Origin: a virus
Lineage: Duplodnaviria > Caudoviricetes
IMG/VR virus record: IMGVR_UViG_3300021426_000001
Length of the DNA stretch: 64,000 nucleotides
Strand: one strand, 5' to 3'
Part shown: piece by piece, positions 1 through 8,889 of the stretch
How positions within the stretch are numbered: position 1 is the first letter of the stretch
Layout: every line of letters starts with the position of its first letter
The notes under the pieces: generated by a model
Told to the model about the DNA's origin: nothing
The model's input: the letters and a program-made list of their open reading frames with translations, nothing else
Databases searched by the model: none
Program-made: the position numbers and the translations under genes

Positions 1-86
1 TGTGATCATATATGATGTTTCTCCTTGTAGAGTTTTAGAAATTTAGATATTTATCTGGATTTGGAAGTTCTCTGTAGTCAACTTCT

Positions 87-299
87 CTAGTCGCAGAGGA
101 GCTGCGGGCCTGAGGACTCCTTCAAGTAGTAAGTGACTTCCTCGCCAACGCTCTCGATCTTCTCGATCTCGAGGTTCATCGAAGAGAGCTTGTCCTGAAG
201 TTTAGACGGGTTGATGATGTCGGCCTCACTGAGCGGTGCTGCGCCCTGATTTCTGACTCTTCCCGAAATTACGAATCGTGTCATAAATTGATTCTCCAT
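87..299 (-). CDS. hypothetical protein, 70 aa
   Basis: ORF with phage-like codon usage; late-type GATAAATA on the minus strand at 310-317. Confidence 0.7.
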   Translation of the reverse strand: MENQFMTRFVISGRVRNQGAAPLSEADIINPSKLQDKLSSMNLEIEKIESVGEEVTYYLKESSGPQLLCD

Positions 300-420
300 T
301 TTTATTGTATATTTATCACATAGAACTAAGCTAAATCAGCTTTTGTAAAGATCTTTTTACATAAATCTTCGCAAAACGTTGAGAATTTAGAAGCTCGATT
401 CAGTATATATATTTGGATCA

Positions 421-516
421 AAAGATCAACTACTACTGGTCGAGAACAGGAGTTTTCAGATCCGCAAGGATCCAAAGATGACTTTCCGAGGTAGTAGGCG
501 GGAAGTCATCTTTTTT
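421..516 (+). ncRNA. putative ~95-nt structured small RNA: four hairpins and a loop-loop (kissing) pairing, ending in an intrinsic terminator
   Basis: Stems 424-428/437-441, 442-447/452-457, 459-463/468-472 (GCAA tetraloop) and 474-488/499-513 followed by a T-run; loop CTACTAC (430-436) is the exact complement of loop GTAGTAG (491-497). Confidence 0.55.
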
Positions 517-545
517 GTTTATCCAAGTTTACAAAACAAAACTGG

Positions 546-553
546 TATAAATA
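546..553 (+). promoter_or_regulatory. T4-type late promoter TATAAATA upstream of the large structured RNA
   Basis: Exact TATAAATA, the same octamer found upstream of many structural genes in this window. Confidence 0.7.
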
Positions 554-557
554 AAGC

Positions 558-1220
558 AACCGCAAAAGATTATTAGATTTTGAATTAGATTAGAACTGAA
601 TAGAACTGAATAAGACGATTTTTGAAGAAGAGCTTAAAAGCACTTGAAGTCACAATAAAGGTCACAATGTCGAGGAGTTCGCTCCAAAAGCATTTCGCAG
701 GGCTCTTGCTAAACAGAACTGCGATTCTATGCAGGACACATAGTCTTAATAATTTTAGCCGCACAGAGAGAAAGGGCCGAGAGGCATCTGCAGGCTGTGC
801 GCTGCTGGGGTGGACAGCTGGTCACCCGATGAAAAGTCACTCATCAATGGCCGATCTTGGTCAGAGGCAGCATGAATCCGGGCCGACGAACGAAGTCTAA
901 GTTCACGGTCTAAATAGCTGAGAAGACGAACGAGATAAAGATCCAGGTGGATCTACGCGATCTCGTTCACATAGCCGTCGCGGCATTTTCGAGATGTAGC
1001 TGGTGTACAGGGCGACCGCATCATAAGCTCGAGAAGTAAGTCCCTAGTAAAGTCGATAGAGCGAGAGGCACACTGAAGATAGCAGGAGGCCCGAAAGGGA
1101 CGCAGGACTGTGATTCTTTGGGAGTCAGAAGTTCAGGAGATTGCTAGTTCCCCGTTTTACGGGCTAGTTGTCTCCTGAGCTCCTGGCTCCTGAAGAATCA
1201 CAGGAGACTTTCTCTCTCCC
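558..1220 (+). ncRNA. putative large (~650 nt) highly structured non-coding RNA
   Basis: No credible ORF; dense helices with UUCG (678-681), GAGA (779-782) and GAAA (1093-1096) tetraloops, a multiway junction at 801-871, and a long hairpin at 1108-1203 with G-U pairs. Confidence 0.7.
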
Positions 1221-1260
1221 AAAATGTCATCATGTCAACACAAAGTCATATCAAATTGGC

Positions 1261-1348
1261 TGTTCATAAGCTGTTCATAAGCTGTTAATAGATTGTTAAT
1301 AGATTGTTCATAAGCTGTTAATAAAATGTTAATAGATTGTTCATAAAA
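1261..1348. repeat. 8 tandem 11-bp repeats TGTT(C/A)ATA(A/G)NN, DnaA-box-like or iteron array; candidate origin element
   Basis: Units start at 1261, 1272, 1283, 1294, 1305, 1316, 1327 and 1338. Confidence 0.85.
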
Positions 1349-1415
1349 ATGAGGACCGTCTTCGTTAGAAGACGGATGAGCGAAGCGAATGGATGATAGC
1401 TGTGATAAATAGACT

Positions 1416-1733
1416 ATGAGACGAGACTTCACTCCTTATCTTCAACTCATTCTAGAGGGCAACGCTTCTGTTCCCTCGTCGCTCGTGCACGAGACTTCTG
1501 ATGTCCATCGTGAGACTCAATCTCAAGTTGAGATAGTCACTCAGAGAAAGCTGACTCCGCAAGAGAAGTTCCTTTCGATGAAGACAGTGAAGCGAGAGCC
1601 GTTGAAGTCTCCGACGATCACAGTAGCGACTTTCGAGTGGACTATGGACATTCCTCTCAGTCAGCTCCGTGAAGTAGCAGCGAGAGCTAACAGAGAGATG
1701 AGAGAAGCTATAAGAGAGCTGAGAAAATCTTGA
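1416..1733 (+). CDS. hypothetical late protein, apparently leaderless
   Basis: GATAAATA at 1404-1411, then 4 nt, then ATG; N-terminal LILE motif. Confidence 0.7.
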   Translation: MRRDFTPYLQLILEGNASVPSSLVHETSDVHRETQSQVEIVTQRKLTPQEKFLSMKTVKREPLKSPTITVATFEWTMDIPLSQLREVAARANREMREAIRELRKS

Positions 1734-1752
1734 TTTTTAGGGATTTTTAGGG

Positions 1753-1781
1753 TTTACAAGAGAAACCGAAATTCCTATATT
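1753..1781 (+). promoter_or_regulatory. early promoter TTTACA-N17-TATATT
   Basis: Member of a 10-copy conserved motif; followed by GTAAAACAAA and an AAGGAC SD. Confidence 0.85.
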
Positions 1782-1823
1782 GATAGCGTAAAACAAATCA
1801 ACCTTCAACAAGGACCTATCAAT

Positions 1824-2123
1824 ATGAAGATCAAGACTTTCCAATTCCTTCTCTCCAACTTCTGCGGCAACGACCTCCACACTAACGGCTGCTTCAAAGA
1901 GAGCAAATACAAAGCTAATCAGAATACTCCGTACAGCAGCGAGAAGCAGATCGACCGAAAGCTGAATCGCTGGATCGAGAAGAACAATCCGATCATTCAC
2001 GACATCAAGATCACTACTTACACGATCGACCGCCACAACAACGGCGGAGACGACACTGTGGCTGCTATCTACACGATCACTTACGATCTTCCGGCTGGCG
2101 CAGAAGTCAAGGAGGAAGCATAA
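1824..2123 (+). CDS. hypothetical early protein
   Basis: Early promoter and SD directly upstream. Confidence 0.8.
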   Translation: MKIKTFQFLLSNFCGNDLHTNGCFKESKYKANQNTPYSSEKQIDRKLNRWIEKNNPIIHDIKITTYTIDRHNNGGDDTVAAIYTITYDLPAGAEVKEEA

Positions 2124-2614
2124 TGAGTGTAAATGAGGGAATCATCTACGGAATCATCCTCAGCTTGATCCTCGTATGCATTGGAGGCGGGCTTCACAAG
2201 CTTGACGATCTCTACAACGACAGAGCTGCTCAGAAAGCTTCTCAGGTCATTCCAGAAGATCTGCGAAAGCTCCAGAAGCAAGAAGAGTCGCTCGGCGTCA
2301 CTCAGTGCAAGAAGATGCCTCGGGTGAGCAACCTAGAAGAGTCATGGGCGTGCACTGCTGAGCTGCCAGACGGAACTGTCAAGAAGATACTCTTCGATCA
2401 GTCCACTTTCGACGGAAGAGCGTGCTCAGTCACTATCGTCAAGCCCGACGAGTCTATCGAGAAGCGCGCATACAGCGGAGACGGTCTCCACGTGAAGCGA
2501 AAGACCGTCATCGAGGATGTCAAGACTCGAAAGAAGACCAAGGGAGAGACCGTGGAAGAGCTAGATCCATCAACGTGCCTGTACTTCTTCCAGCAAGTCA
2601 AGCTCGCTATGTGA
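2123..2614 (+). CDS. hypothetical membrane-anchored protein
   Basis: TAATG overlap with the upstream gene; N-terminal hydrophobic helix GIIYGIILSLILVCIGGG. Confidence 0.75.
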   Translation: MSVNEGIIYGIILSLILVCIGGGLHKLDDLYNDRAAQKASQVIPEDLRKLQKQEESLGVTQCKKMPRVSNLEESWACTAELPDGTVKKILFDQSTFDGRACSVTIVKPDESIEKRAYSGDGLHVKRKTVIEDVKTRKKTKGETVEELDPSTCLYFFQQVKLAM

Positions 2615-2620
2615 TCCCTG

Positions 2621-3310
2621 CTATGTTACTTGGAAGAATCCCTGAGGATCGAACTTCACTTCGTACTTAGTGCAGGGCATCAGAGACTCGAAGTCAATGA
2701 ATCCGATCGGGTAGATGGTCTCTACCCCTTCGTGTTGTTTCTGTACTCCAATCAAGCATCCGTTAGCGACAGACAGAGAAGATCCAGAGTACGTGATGTT
2801 CTCGGCTCTGACTCCAGGAGCATCTCCGTTCAGGAAGGTTAGCGGCACATGGTACATGTCGTACTCGGCTTCGTCGAAGTTTCTCTTGAACGGCATGTAG
2901 CCTCTCAGAGCTTCGACTGGATTCTCAGAAGGCTCTCTGTTGCTGTTCAGCTCGGCGTTGTAGTTCGCCTTCTTCACGAACGAGTCTATGTAAGTAGACT
3001 TGCTTAGATTCTCTTTCATCGGAATGTTGAAGACTTCCTCGTATGTCTTGTCCGTCTCGTTGTACAGTCCGTTCGAGTCACAGACCCACGGCCTAGCGTC
3101 CATTCTCGATGACGGGTATGTGAACTTAGAGTCGGATACGAACAGGCCAGAGACGCCCTCTAGGCCGATTCCAGGGAAGTCGTCTGACGGCTTGAAAGTG
3201 TCCCAGTCTCCAGAGGTCGTGAGGTACGCGTGAAGATCATCGTACGTGTCCGACTTTCCCTCTCGGCTGAAGAGATAGTCTATGAACTGCGGATATGCTT
3301 TGTATTTCAC
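2621..3310 (-). CDS. putative virion structural protein (small phage beta-rich family)
   Basis: C-terminus ITYSGSSLSVANGCLI...PIGFIDF...EVKFDPQGFFQV resembles a widespread ~150-aa phage structural family; AGGAGG SD. Confidence 0.55.
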   Translation of the reverse strand: MKYKAYPQFIDYLFSREGKSDTYDDLHAYLTTSGDWDTFKPSDDFPGIGLEGVSGLFVSDSKFTYPSSRMDARPWVCDSNGLYNETDKTYEEVFNIPMKENLSKSTYIDSFVKKANYNAELNSNREPSENPVEALRGYMPFKRNFDEAEYDMYHVPLTFLNGDAPGVRAENITYSGSSLSVANGCLIGVQKQHEGVETIYPIGFIDFESLMPCTKYEVKFDPQGFFQVT

Positions 3311-3319
3311 TTGTTCCTC

Positions 3320-6300
3320 CTAGTCTGCGTCGATCTCGGCGAGAAGTCCGTAAGCGGAAGTCGCATCCTTCGGACCGAAGTCGTGTCTCTCAGGGAACTC
3401 CCAGATGTAGCAGCCAGAGTCGATGTCTCTTCCGTACCCAGCGTCAAGCATACAGACTAGATCGTTGTTCTTCTTATCTACAAGGAGCATTCCTCGATAG
3501 TCGTCTCCCTTGACTGCTATGCCCTCGTCGAACCATGCGCCTGGCTTAGAGTTGTCGTCTCTTCTGTTCATGAGCTGGATGAGAGCCCACTCGGACGGCA
3601 TGTAGCCGAGACGGACGCATCCGCCGTCGTTCATGCACTCGTCTGCGCCCTTCATAGCGTACTTCAGGAACTCTATTCCGTCAGACTGCTTGTCGATCTG
3701 GTGGATCCAGAGACCTCTTGTCTCCTTCTCTCTCACGTTAGCGTACATCACGTGGAATGAGAGCTCGTGGTTGTCAGTCGGACCCATGTCGTAGTCCCAC
3801 GTGAAGTAGCGGTCATGGATTCCGTCTTCGATTCTTCTCATGTAGAAGTATAGCATCCAAGTGTTGAAGTCTGTCGGCATGTTCGACACCTGAACGTCCT
3901 GATGTAAGTTTATCGGTGAGGAGATTATTGACTTGTACAGCTTCGTGAATGCGAAGTTCGGAGATCCGTCTAGGAGCTGCTGGTAGATGTCGTAGTAGTC
4001 AGAGTTCGGAGAGTCACATGTCGGAGACATGTGAAGATCTATCTGACCGACAGAGACAGCTCCCGTGCTCTTCACCAACTTGAGTCCGTCAACCCTGATC
4101 AGGTGCGTCGGGAAGAGATGGTAGCTCTTGTTCATGTTGTTTCTGATGCTGTTCTCTCCAGCGACAGAGCCGAAGCTGTAGAGCTCATCAGTGCTGATCG
4201 TGTACTTCTGGTCTCCCTCTACCTGAGTCGGATTCATCGGAGACATCGGAGTCGTCTCGTTCCAGATCGGCCAGTGTCTTCTATCGAGCCAGTTTCTCGT
4301 GAGACCGAACATCTTCAGATCATCCCAAGCCTTGTCTGCGAGAGATGTCACGTTGTGCATGATGTTGATAGCTTCTGGATAGTTCGAAGACTGGAACGGC
4401 ACATACTGTGAGTCAGACTGTGTGATTCCAGATCTCTTCATGAAGAAGTTGTTGTAGTCGAGGACGTTAGATATGTTAGCCCACTCGATGAACGGCTTGA
4501 AGATTCTTGAGTTGACTTTGTCGAACTCAGCTTCGAATCCGTCCCATAGCTCGATGTTTCTGAATCTCGTGACTTGAGCGTCTTGCTGAAGAAGCATCAG
4601 ACCGTTAGTGTTGCAATCCTCTCGCTCGAATCCAGGGAACGGGCTTGTGCCGATCTCGTTCTGGTGATACTCGTAGACTGGAGCGACGAGTGCGAACTTG
4701 CTAGCGATTCCGATGACGCGATCGTTAGCGTCTTCGCTTCCGTAGTAGTCTGGAGAAGCGTTAGTCAGACGGTTGATGAAGTCAGCAGCGCTCTTTGTCA
4801 TAGAAGCTCTCACGTTCATGATGCTTCCACACTCAGCCTTGTTGAACGTTCCGGTAGCTTCTGACTCTGGCTTTTGGGTTCCGTCACTGCGAAGTCCAGA
4901 CTCGAAGTTTCCGTACTCGATGAAGCGCTCTGAGTGGTTGATCATGCCAGCTACTGCGCCGATGTTGTAGATAGACTTGAGCTGGAATCCTATCTGAGTT
5001 CCGTTCGTCTCGTTCACGTCGTAAGCGGGAATCAACGGCCAGAACTTCACGTGGCGCTTGTTGTACTTCATTCCCTCGACTCCACTGAACTGATTTGCTA
5101 GATCGTGAGTGAAGGTCTCCACGTTCAAGTCATTCTCCATGCTCGTCTCTTCTACGGCAGAGATCGGGAGATAGATTCTGCTGATCGGGACTCTGAGCAG
5201 CACATGGATCATCTTGTGGCTCTTATCTTCTTCTTGAGGTCCAAAGATAGTTATGTCAACGAACATGTCGTCCAGATTTCCGACAGCTCTCTTTCCGTCA
5301 CCTGTCGCGGTGTTGTTATGAGCGATATGGTTTATCTTTCCAGTGCCGTCCTCGTTCTTGGTCACGAGATAACACGGATCACCGTCTCTCTCAGTGTAGT
5401 ATATTCCAGACTTGCTTACGTCTGTGTTCTGGAAGAATCCGACCTTAGTAGCTCCGTTCTGTGTTCTGCCAGCTAGAGGAATTCTGATCTTCTCGATTCT
5501 AGCGCTCCACTGCTCGCCGAGAATGAGGTTCAACTTCTCTTCGCCGCTCATTCCCTCCATCTGCTGGGCTTCCTCTTCCGTCACCATAGACTCTAGCGTC
5601 TTCGTGCTTCCGAGGATTCCAGCGACGATGGATTCAGCCTTGTCATCGAGATCTAGATCAGATGGAGCAGCTCTCAACGGTGTAACTTCGATGAGACTTC
5701 TCTTGACGCCGAACTGATCCTGCGTCAGTCTATTGTTGTCAGTCTGCATCACGGCATCCCACATCATATCTTCTCTGATCGAGCAGAACATGTTCGGATT
5801 GTTTGCGTGATCATTTATGATGTCCGTAGTGAGGAATCCGAATGAGTCGTTGCTCACTGGATTCTTTGCTGCAGGGCCGTCTTCTCCAGCAGCGTAAGTT
5901 CCAGGAGGCATGTACCAGCAGAAGTCTGGACCGTTGCTTGGAGAGCTGAACAGGTTCTTTGGTGCATTTGTCTCATTCGGACCGGTAGCAGACGGGATGA
6001 CGAACTTGCTATTGTAGTCTGACGGGAGCCAGCTCTCAGAGCGGTTGCAAGTTCCGAAAGGACCGCCATTCTCTTGGTTGAACGGACTCTCGTAGCCCGG
6101 ATAGATGACGTTTGGATCAAAGGCAGAGTTCGACAGCATGTCGCAGCCGAGAGCTACCTTGGCGTTCATTATGTTTCTAGCGAATCCGATAGCGTTCTGT
6201 CTCGTTGATCCGTGTGCGCTGTTGTTGAAGACCTCGCCGTACTCTAGAGCGTCAGCGAGGCTTATGTCATTGAGGCCACCTGGATTGTCTCTCTCGTCGA

Positions 6301-8872
6301 GAGTCTTTGCAGCGTCTCCGAGATAGTTCAAGTCGAGGTGCTTGACTCTGAAGCTTATCGTGCTAAGATCTTCAAGAACAGCAGCGCTAGCATCGTTTGC
6401 GATGCTCCACAGCGGAACGGCTACGTTAGATTTCCACTTGTCGTTCCAGTTGTTGAATACCTTGATCTCTCCCTGGTTCGGGCACTCGACTCCATCAAGC
6501 TCTGGTCTACTGATCTTGTAAGTCATGCGGAACAGGTTAGTTCCGCCGTCATCGATCAGACTCTGCTCAGCTTCAGCACGTTCCTCTTCAGTGTATGGAG
6601 CGTTGCTAAGATCAGCCGATGGAGGACCGAATGTCAGCTTAGCGTTCTTGATCTCGATTGGAATGTCGCTACCGATGCTGCTGCGAGTAGCAGAGTCGTT
6701 CACTCTGAAGTTGCAGTTCTCGAACGCTGAATCTGAGTAGTCATTGTCGTAGCTGTTGAAAGTCCAGTGAGTTCCAAATCTGTTCTTGTCATCGTCGAAG
6801 TAGCAGTTTCCGTTGACGCCAGAGCAGATGAAGCTCTTGAAGTCGTAGAATCTCGGTGAGACTCTGACACAGTCAGCAGAGCATCCAGAATATACCTTCA
6901 TGTCACGGCTTAAGTCAGAGAAGCCGTTAGCGTTCTGGTAGTAGTCGTAGTTGTAGCCGAACACGTTCACGAGGTTGTGGTAGTCGTCTCCGTACTCTGG
7001 CGTGTGCTGATAGTCCCTCGTGTAGTTTCTGTACATGTTCTGGCAGCCCGAGTCGGCTGAAGAGTTCATGTCGTTCTCTACGATGTCAAGGACCGTAGTG
7101 ACTCCGTTGATTTCGCCGCAGTTCTGCTTTCCGCATACTCCGCCGATGAATCCGACGAACGTGTCGCTTGACTCCTTGATGTGGTGACGGCAGTCGATGA
7201 ATCTTATCGTTCCGAAGTTGTTTCCGACGATCGGAGAGCAGTAGTATGCGATTCTTGCTCCAGGATTCATTCTCTGGTGCGGAGTGACCTTCTCGTTTCC
7301 ACGCTTTATGAACATCACGACTGTGTCAAGGATCTGCTGGGCTATGTAAGAGCCGTGGTCGAAGTCCTTGTTCATCATGTGATTGTCGTCGCTTCCGAGA
7401 AGCTTAGCGATCGAGTAAGTCCCCTTCTCGTCGTACGTCTTCCAAGATCCGAGATTGTCGATCGTGTTGCAGAGGACTCTGTCAAGGAAGAGCTGAGTGA
7501 ACTCGGTAGTGATCAACGGAGATCTGAAACCTCTCACTACGTTCACCGGTGAGTTCACAGACACGTTGCCCATGTACTGAAGATAGCCGTCTCCACCGTA
7601 CCACCCATCAGCGCTCGGAATAGACTTGGTCATTCTCACGCTGCTCTGATCCAGCACATCAGAGACTGAGCACTTCGGCTCAGAATACATCTTCAGGCCC
7701 TGTCTGTGCATCTGAAGAAGTCCTCCGAGCAGACTGTAGCCCATAGCTTCGTTGCAGTGAGCTAGCACGAGGCTCGGAAGATCCTCAAGATTGTAGATGT
7801 CCAATTGACAGTTCGTGAACCTTGAGCTTCCCACGTCGTCGAACAATGAGTCGACGCCCTCGTTGAAGTAGCCGACGTACGGGATGATGTTGTAGATTGA
7901 GTTGATGCAGAACTTGTTCGGGAAGAATCCGTTGTAAGCGCTGTTCGTGTTCGTAGAGTCGCCCTGAGTGTACTCGTACTTGTTTCCGACAGTGTATACC
8001 TCTGGGCAGAATCCGTCGAATCTCATCTCTCCAGAAGTGATGATGTTCTCGACTGTTCCGTAGTTCGTTCCCACAAGAGCGCCAACGACTACGTCTGAGC
8101 AGTCATGGACCATCTTCTCTAGCGAGATCTTCTGCTGGTTTGAGAACAGAATATTCTCGACAATTCCGTTTCTCACGACACCTCTCGGACCGAGATATCC
8201 GATGAGACCGTTAGAGTTGTTCTTGCAGATGAACTTCTTGTTGATCAGCTTGTGGCAGTTCATGTCGAACACTCCCTGGAAGGGTCTCTCAGGGTTAGTG
8301 CAGATCATGGACTCTAGCGTGTCAGTGTCATTCCAGTTTCCGATGTCGTCTCCGAGAACTACCTTCAGCTTGTTGTTGAAGTTGTTCTCGTCGTTTGTTC
8401 TCTTCGCGATCCAATTCAGGTGAGACTTCTTAGTCACGTAGTAGAATCCGGAGTTCGTGTTCTCCAGATCTTCTGTAGCCTGGATGTCGCCTGAGTCGGT
8501 GTTCCAGAGATACGTAGCGAGCGTTCCAGATGTCGCAGAAACGTCTGAGTAATAGACATGAAGGAACTTCTCCCAGTTGTCTGGGTTCACGAAGATCGGC
8601 TTGTCGCTGAGATCGTCTGGCTCGTAAGCGCTGTACTCGACTCCGAATGAGCTGTACTCGAATAGGCAGTTCTTTAGAGGCTTGATGCCCTGAACGTTCT
8701 CGGAGTATGTGTTGAAGTCCTCTAGATTTCTGTACTGCTCTAGAGCGATCTCTGTGTTGTCGTAGTTGTCGAAGAATGTCGAGTTGACTGGGATGCCGCT
8801 GCACTCGAATGACACCGGCACTTGGCCATTCAACATCTTCTCTTTGAATGAATTGAAGAATACTTCTCGCAT
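3320..8872 (-). CDS. giant (1850 aa) putative virion/tail-associated protein with GLUG-like repeats
   Basis: Long ORF with GLUG-like motifs (VGALVGTNYGTVENI, IVGNNFGTI, IGGVCGKQNCGEING); late promoter variant TGTAAATA 4 nt upstream. Confidence 0.7.
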   Translation of the reverse strand: MREVFFNSFKEKMLNGQVPVSFECSGIPVNSTFFDNYDNTEIALEQYRNLEDFNTYSENVQGIKPLKNCLFEYSSFGVEYSAYEPDDLSDKPIFVNPDNWEKFLHVYYSDVSATSGTLATYLWNTDSGDIQATEDLENTNSGFYYVTKKSHLNWIAKRTNDENNFNNKLKVVLGDDIGNWNDTDTLESMICTNPERPFQGVFDMNCHKLINKKFICKNNSNGLIGYLGPRGVVRNGIVENILFSNQQKISLEKMVHDCSDVVVGALVGTNYGTVENIITSGEMRFDGFCPEVYTVGNKYEYTQGDSTNTNSAYNGFFPNKFCINSIYNIIPYVGYFNEGVDSLFDDVGSSRFTNCQLDIYNLEDLPSLVLAHCNEAMGYSLLGGLLQMHRQGLKMYSEPKCSVSDVLDQSSVRMTKSIPSADGWYGGDGYLQYMGNVSVNSPVNVVRGFRSPLITTEFTQLFLDRVLCNTIDNLGSWKTYDEKGTYSIAKLLGSDDNHMMNKDFDHGSYIAQQILDTVVMFIKRGNEKVTPHQRMNPGARIAYYCSPIVGNNFGTIRFIDCRHHIKESSDTFVGFIGGVCGKQNCGEINGVTTVLDIVENDMNSSADSGCQNMYRNYTRDYQHTPEYGDDYHNLVNVFGYNYDYYQNANGFSDLSRDMKVYSGCSADCVRVSPRFYDFKSFICSGVNGNCYFDDDKNRFGTHWTFNSYDNDYSDSAFENCNFRVNDSATRSSIGSDIPIEIKNAKLTFGPPSADLSNAPYTEEERAEAEQSLIDDGGTNLFRMTYKISRPELDGVECPNQGEIKVFNNWNDKWKSNVAVPLWSIANDASAAVLEDLSTISFRVKHLDLNYLGDAAKTLDERDNPGGLNDISLADALEYGEVFNNSAHGSTRQNAIGFARNIMNAKVALGCDMLSNSAFDPNVIYPGYESPFNQENGGPFGTCNRSESWLPSDYNSKFVIPSATGPNETNAPKNLFSSPSNGPDFCWYMPPGTYAAGEDGPAAKNPVSNDSFGFLTTDIINDHANNPNMFCSIREDMMWDAVMQTDNNRLTQDQFGVKRSLIEVTPLRAAPSDLDLDDKAESIVAGILGSTKTLESMVTEEEAQQMEGMSGEEKLNLILGEQWSARIEKIRIPLAGRTQNGATKVGFFQNTDVSKSGIYYTERDGDPCYLVTKNEDGTGKINHIAHNNTATGDGKRAVGNLDDMFVDITIFGPQEEDKSHKMIHVLLRVPISRIYLPISAVEETSMENDLNVETFTHDLANQFSGVEGMKYNKRHVKFWPLIPAYDVNETNGTQIGFQLKSIYNIGAVAGMINHSERFIEYGNFESGLRSDGTQKPESEATGTFNKAECGSIMNVRASMTKSAADFINRLTNASPDYYGSEDANDRVIGIASKFALVAPVYEYHQNEIGTSPFPGFEREDCNTNGLMLLQQDAQVTRFRNIELWDGFEAEFDKVNSRIFKPFIEWANISNVLDYNNFFMKRSGITQSDSQYVPFQSSNYPEAINIMHNVTSLADKAWDDLKMFGLTRNWLDRRHWPIWNETTPMSPMNPTQVEGDQKYTISTDELYSFGSVAGENSIRNNMNKSYHLFPTHLIRVDGLKLVKSTGAVSVGQIDLHMSPTCDSPNSDYYDIYQQLLDGSPNFAFTKLYKSIISSPINLHQDVQVSNMPTDFNTWMLYFYMRRIEDGIHDRYFTWDYDMGPTDNHELSFHVMYANVREKETRGLWIHQIDKQSDGIEFLKYAMKGADECMNDGGCVRLGYMPSEWALIQLMNRRDDNSKPGAWFDEGIAVKGDDYRGMLLVDKKNNDLVCMLDAGYGRDIDSGCYIWEFPERHDFGPKDATSAYGLLAEIDAD

Positions 8873-8889
8873 GTATTATTTACACGCGA

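Noticed and set aside
622-900. 92-aa ORF inside the structured region
   Set aside because: TTG start, no clear SD and atypical codons; the dense RNA helices explain the region better.
1073-1099. Possible hammerhead ribozyme core (CTGAAGA...GAAA)
   Set aside because: No stem II forms between the two motifs, and the GAAA is a tetraloop in CCC-GAAA-GGG.
1235-1432. 65-aa ORF with repeated LLTAYEQ; also a possible CRISPR array
   Set aside because: The ORF is a translation of the 11-bp DNA repeats; the repeats have no unique spacers and no cas genes are present.
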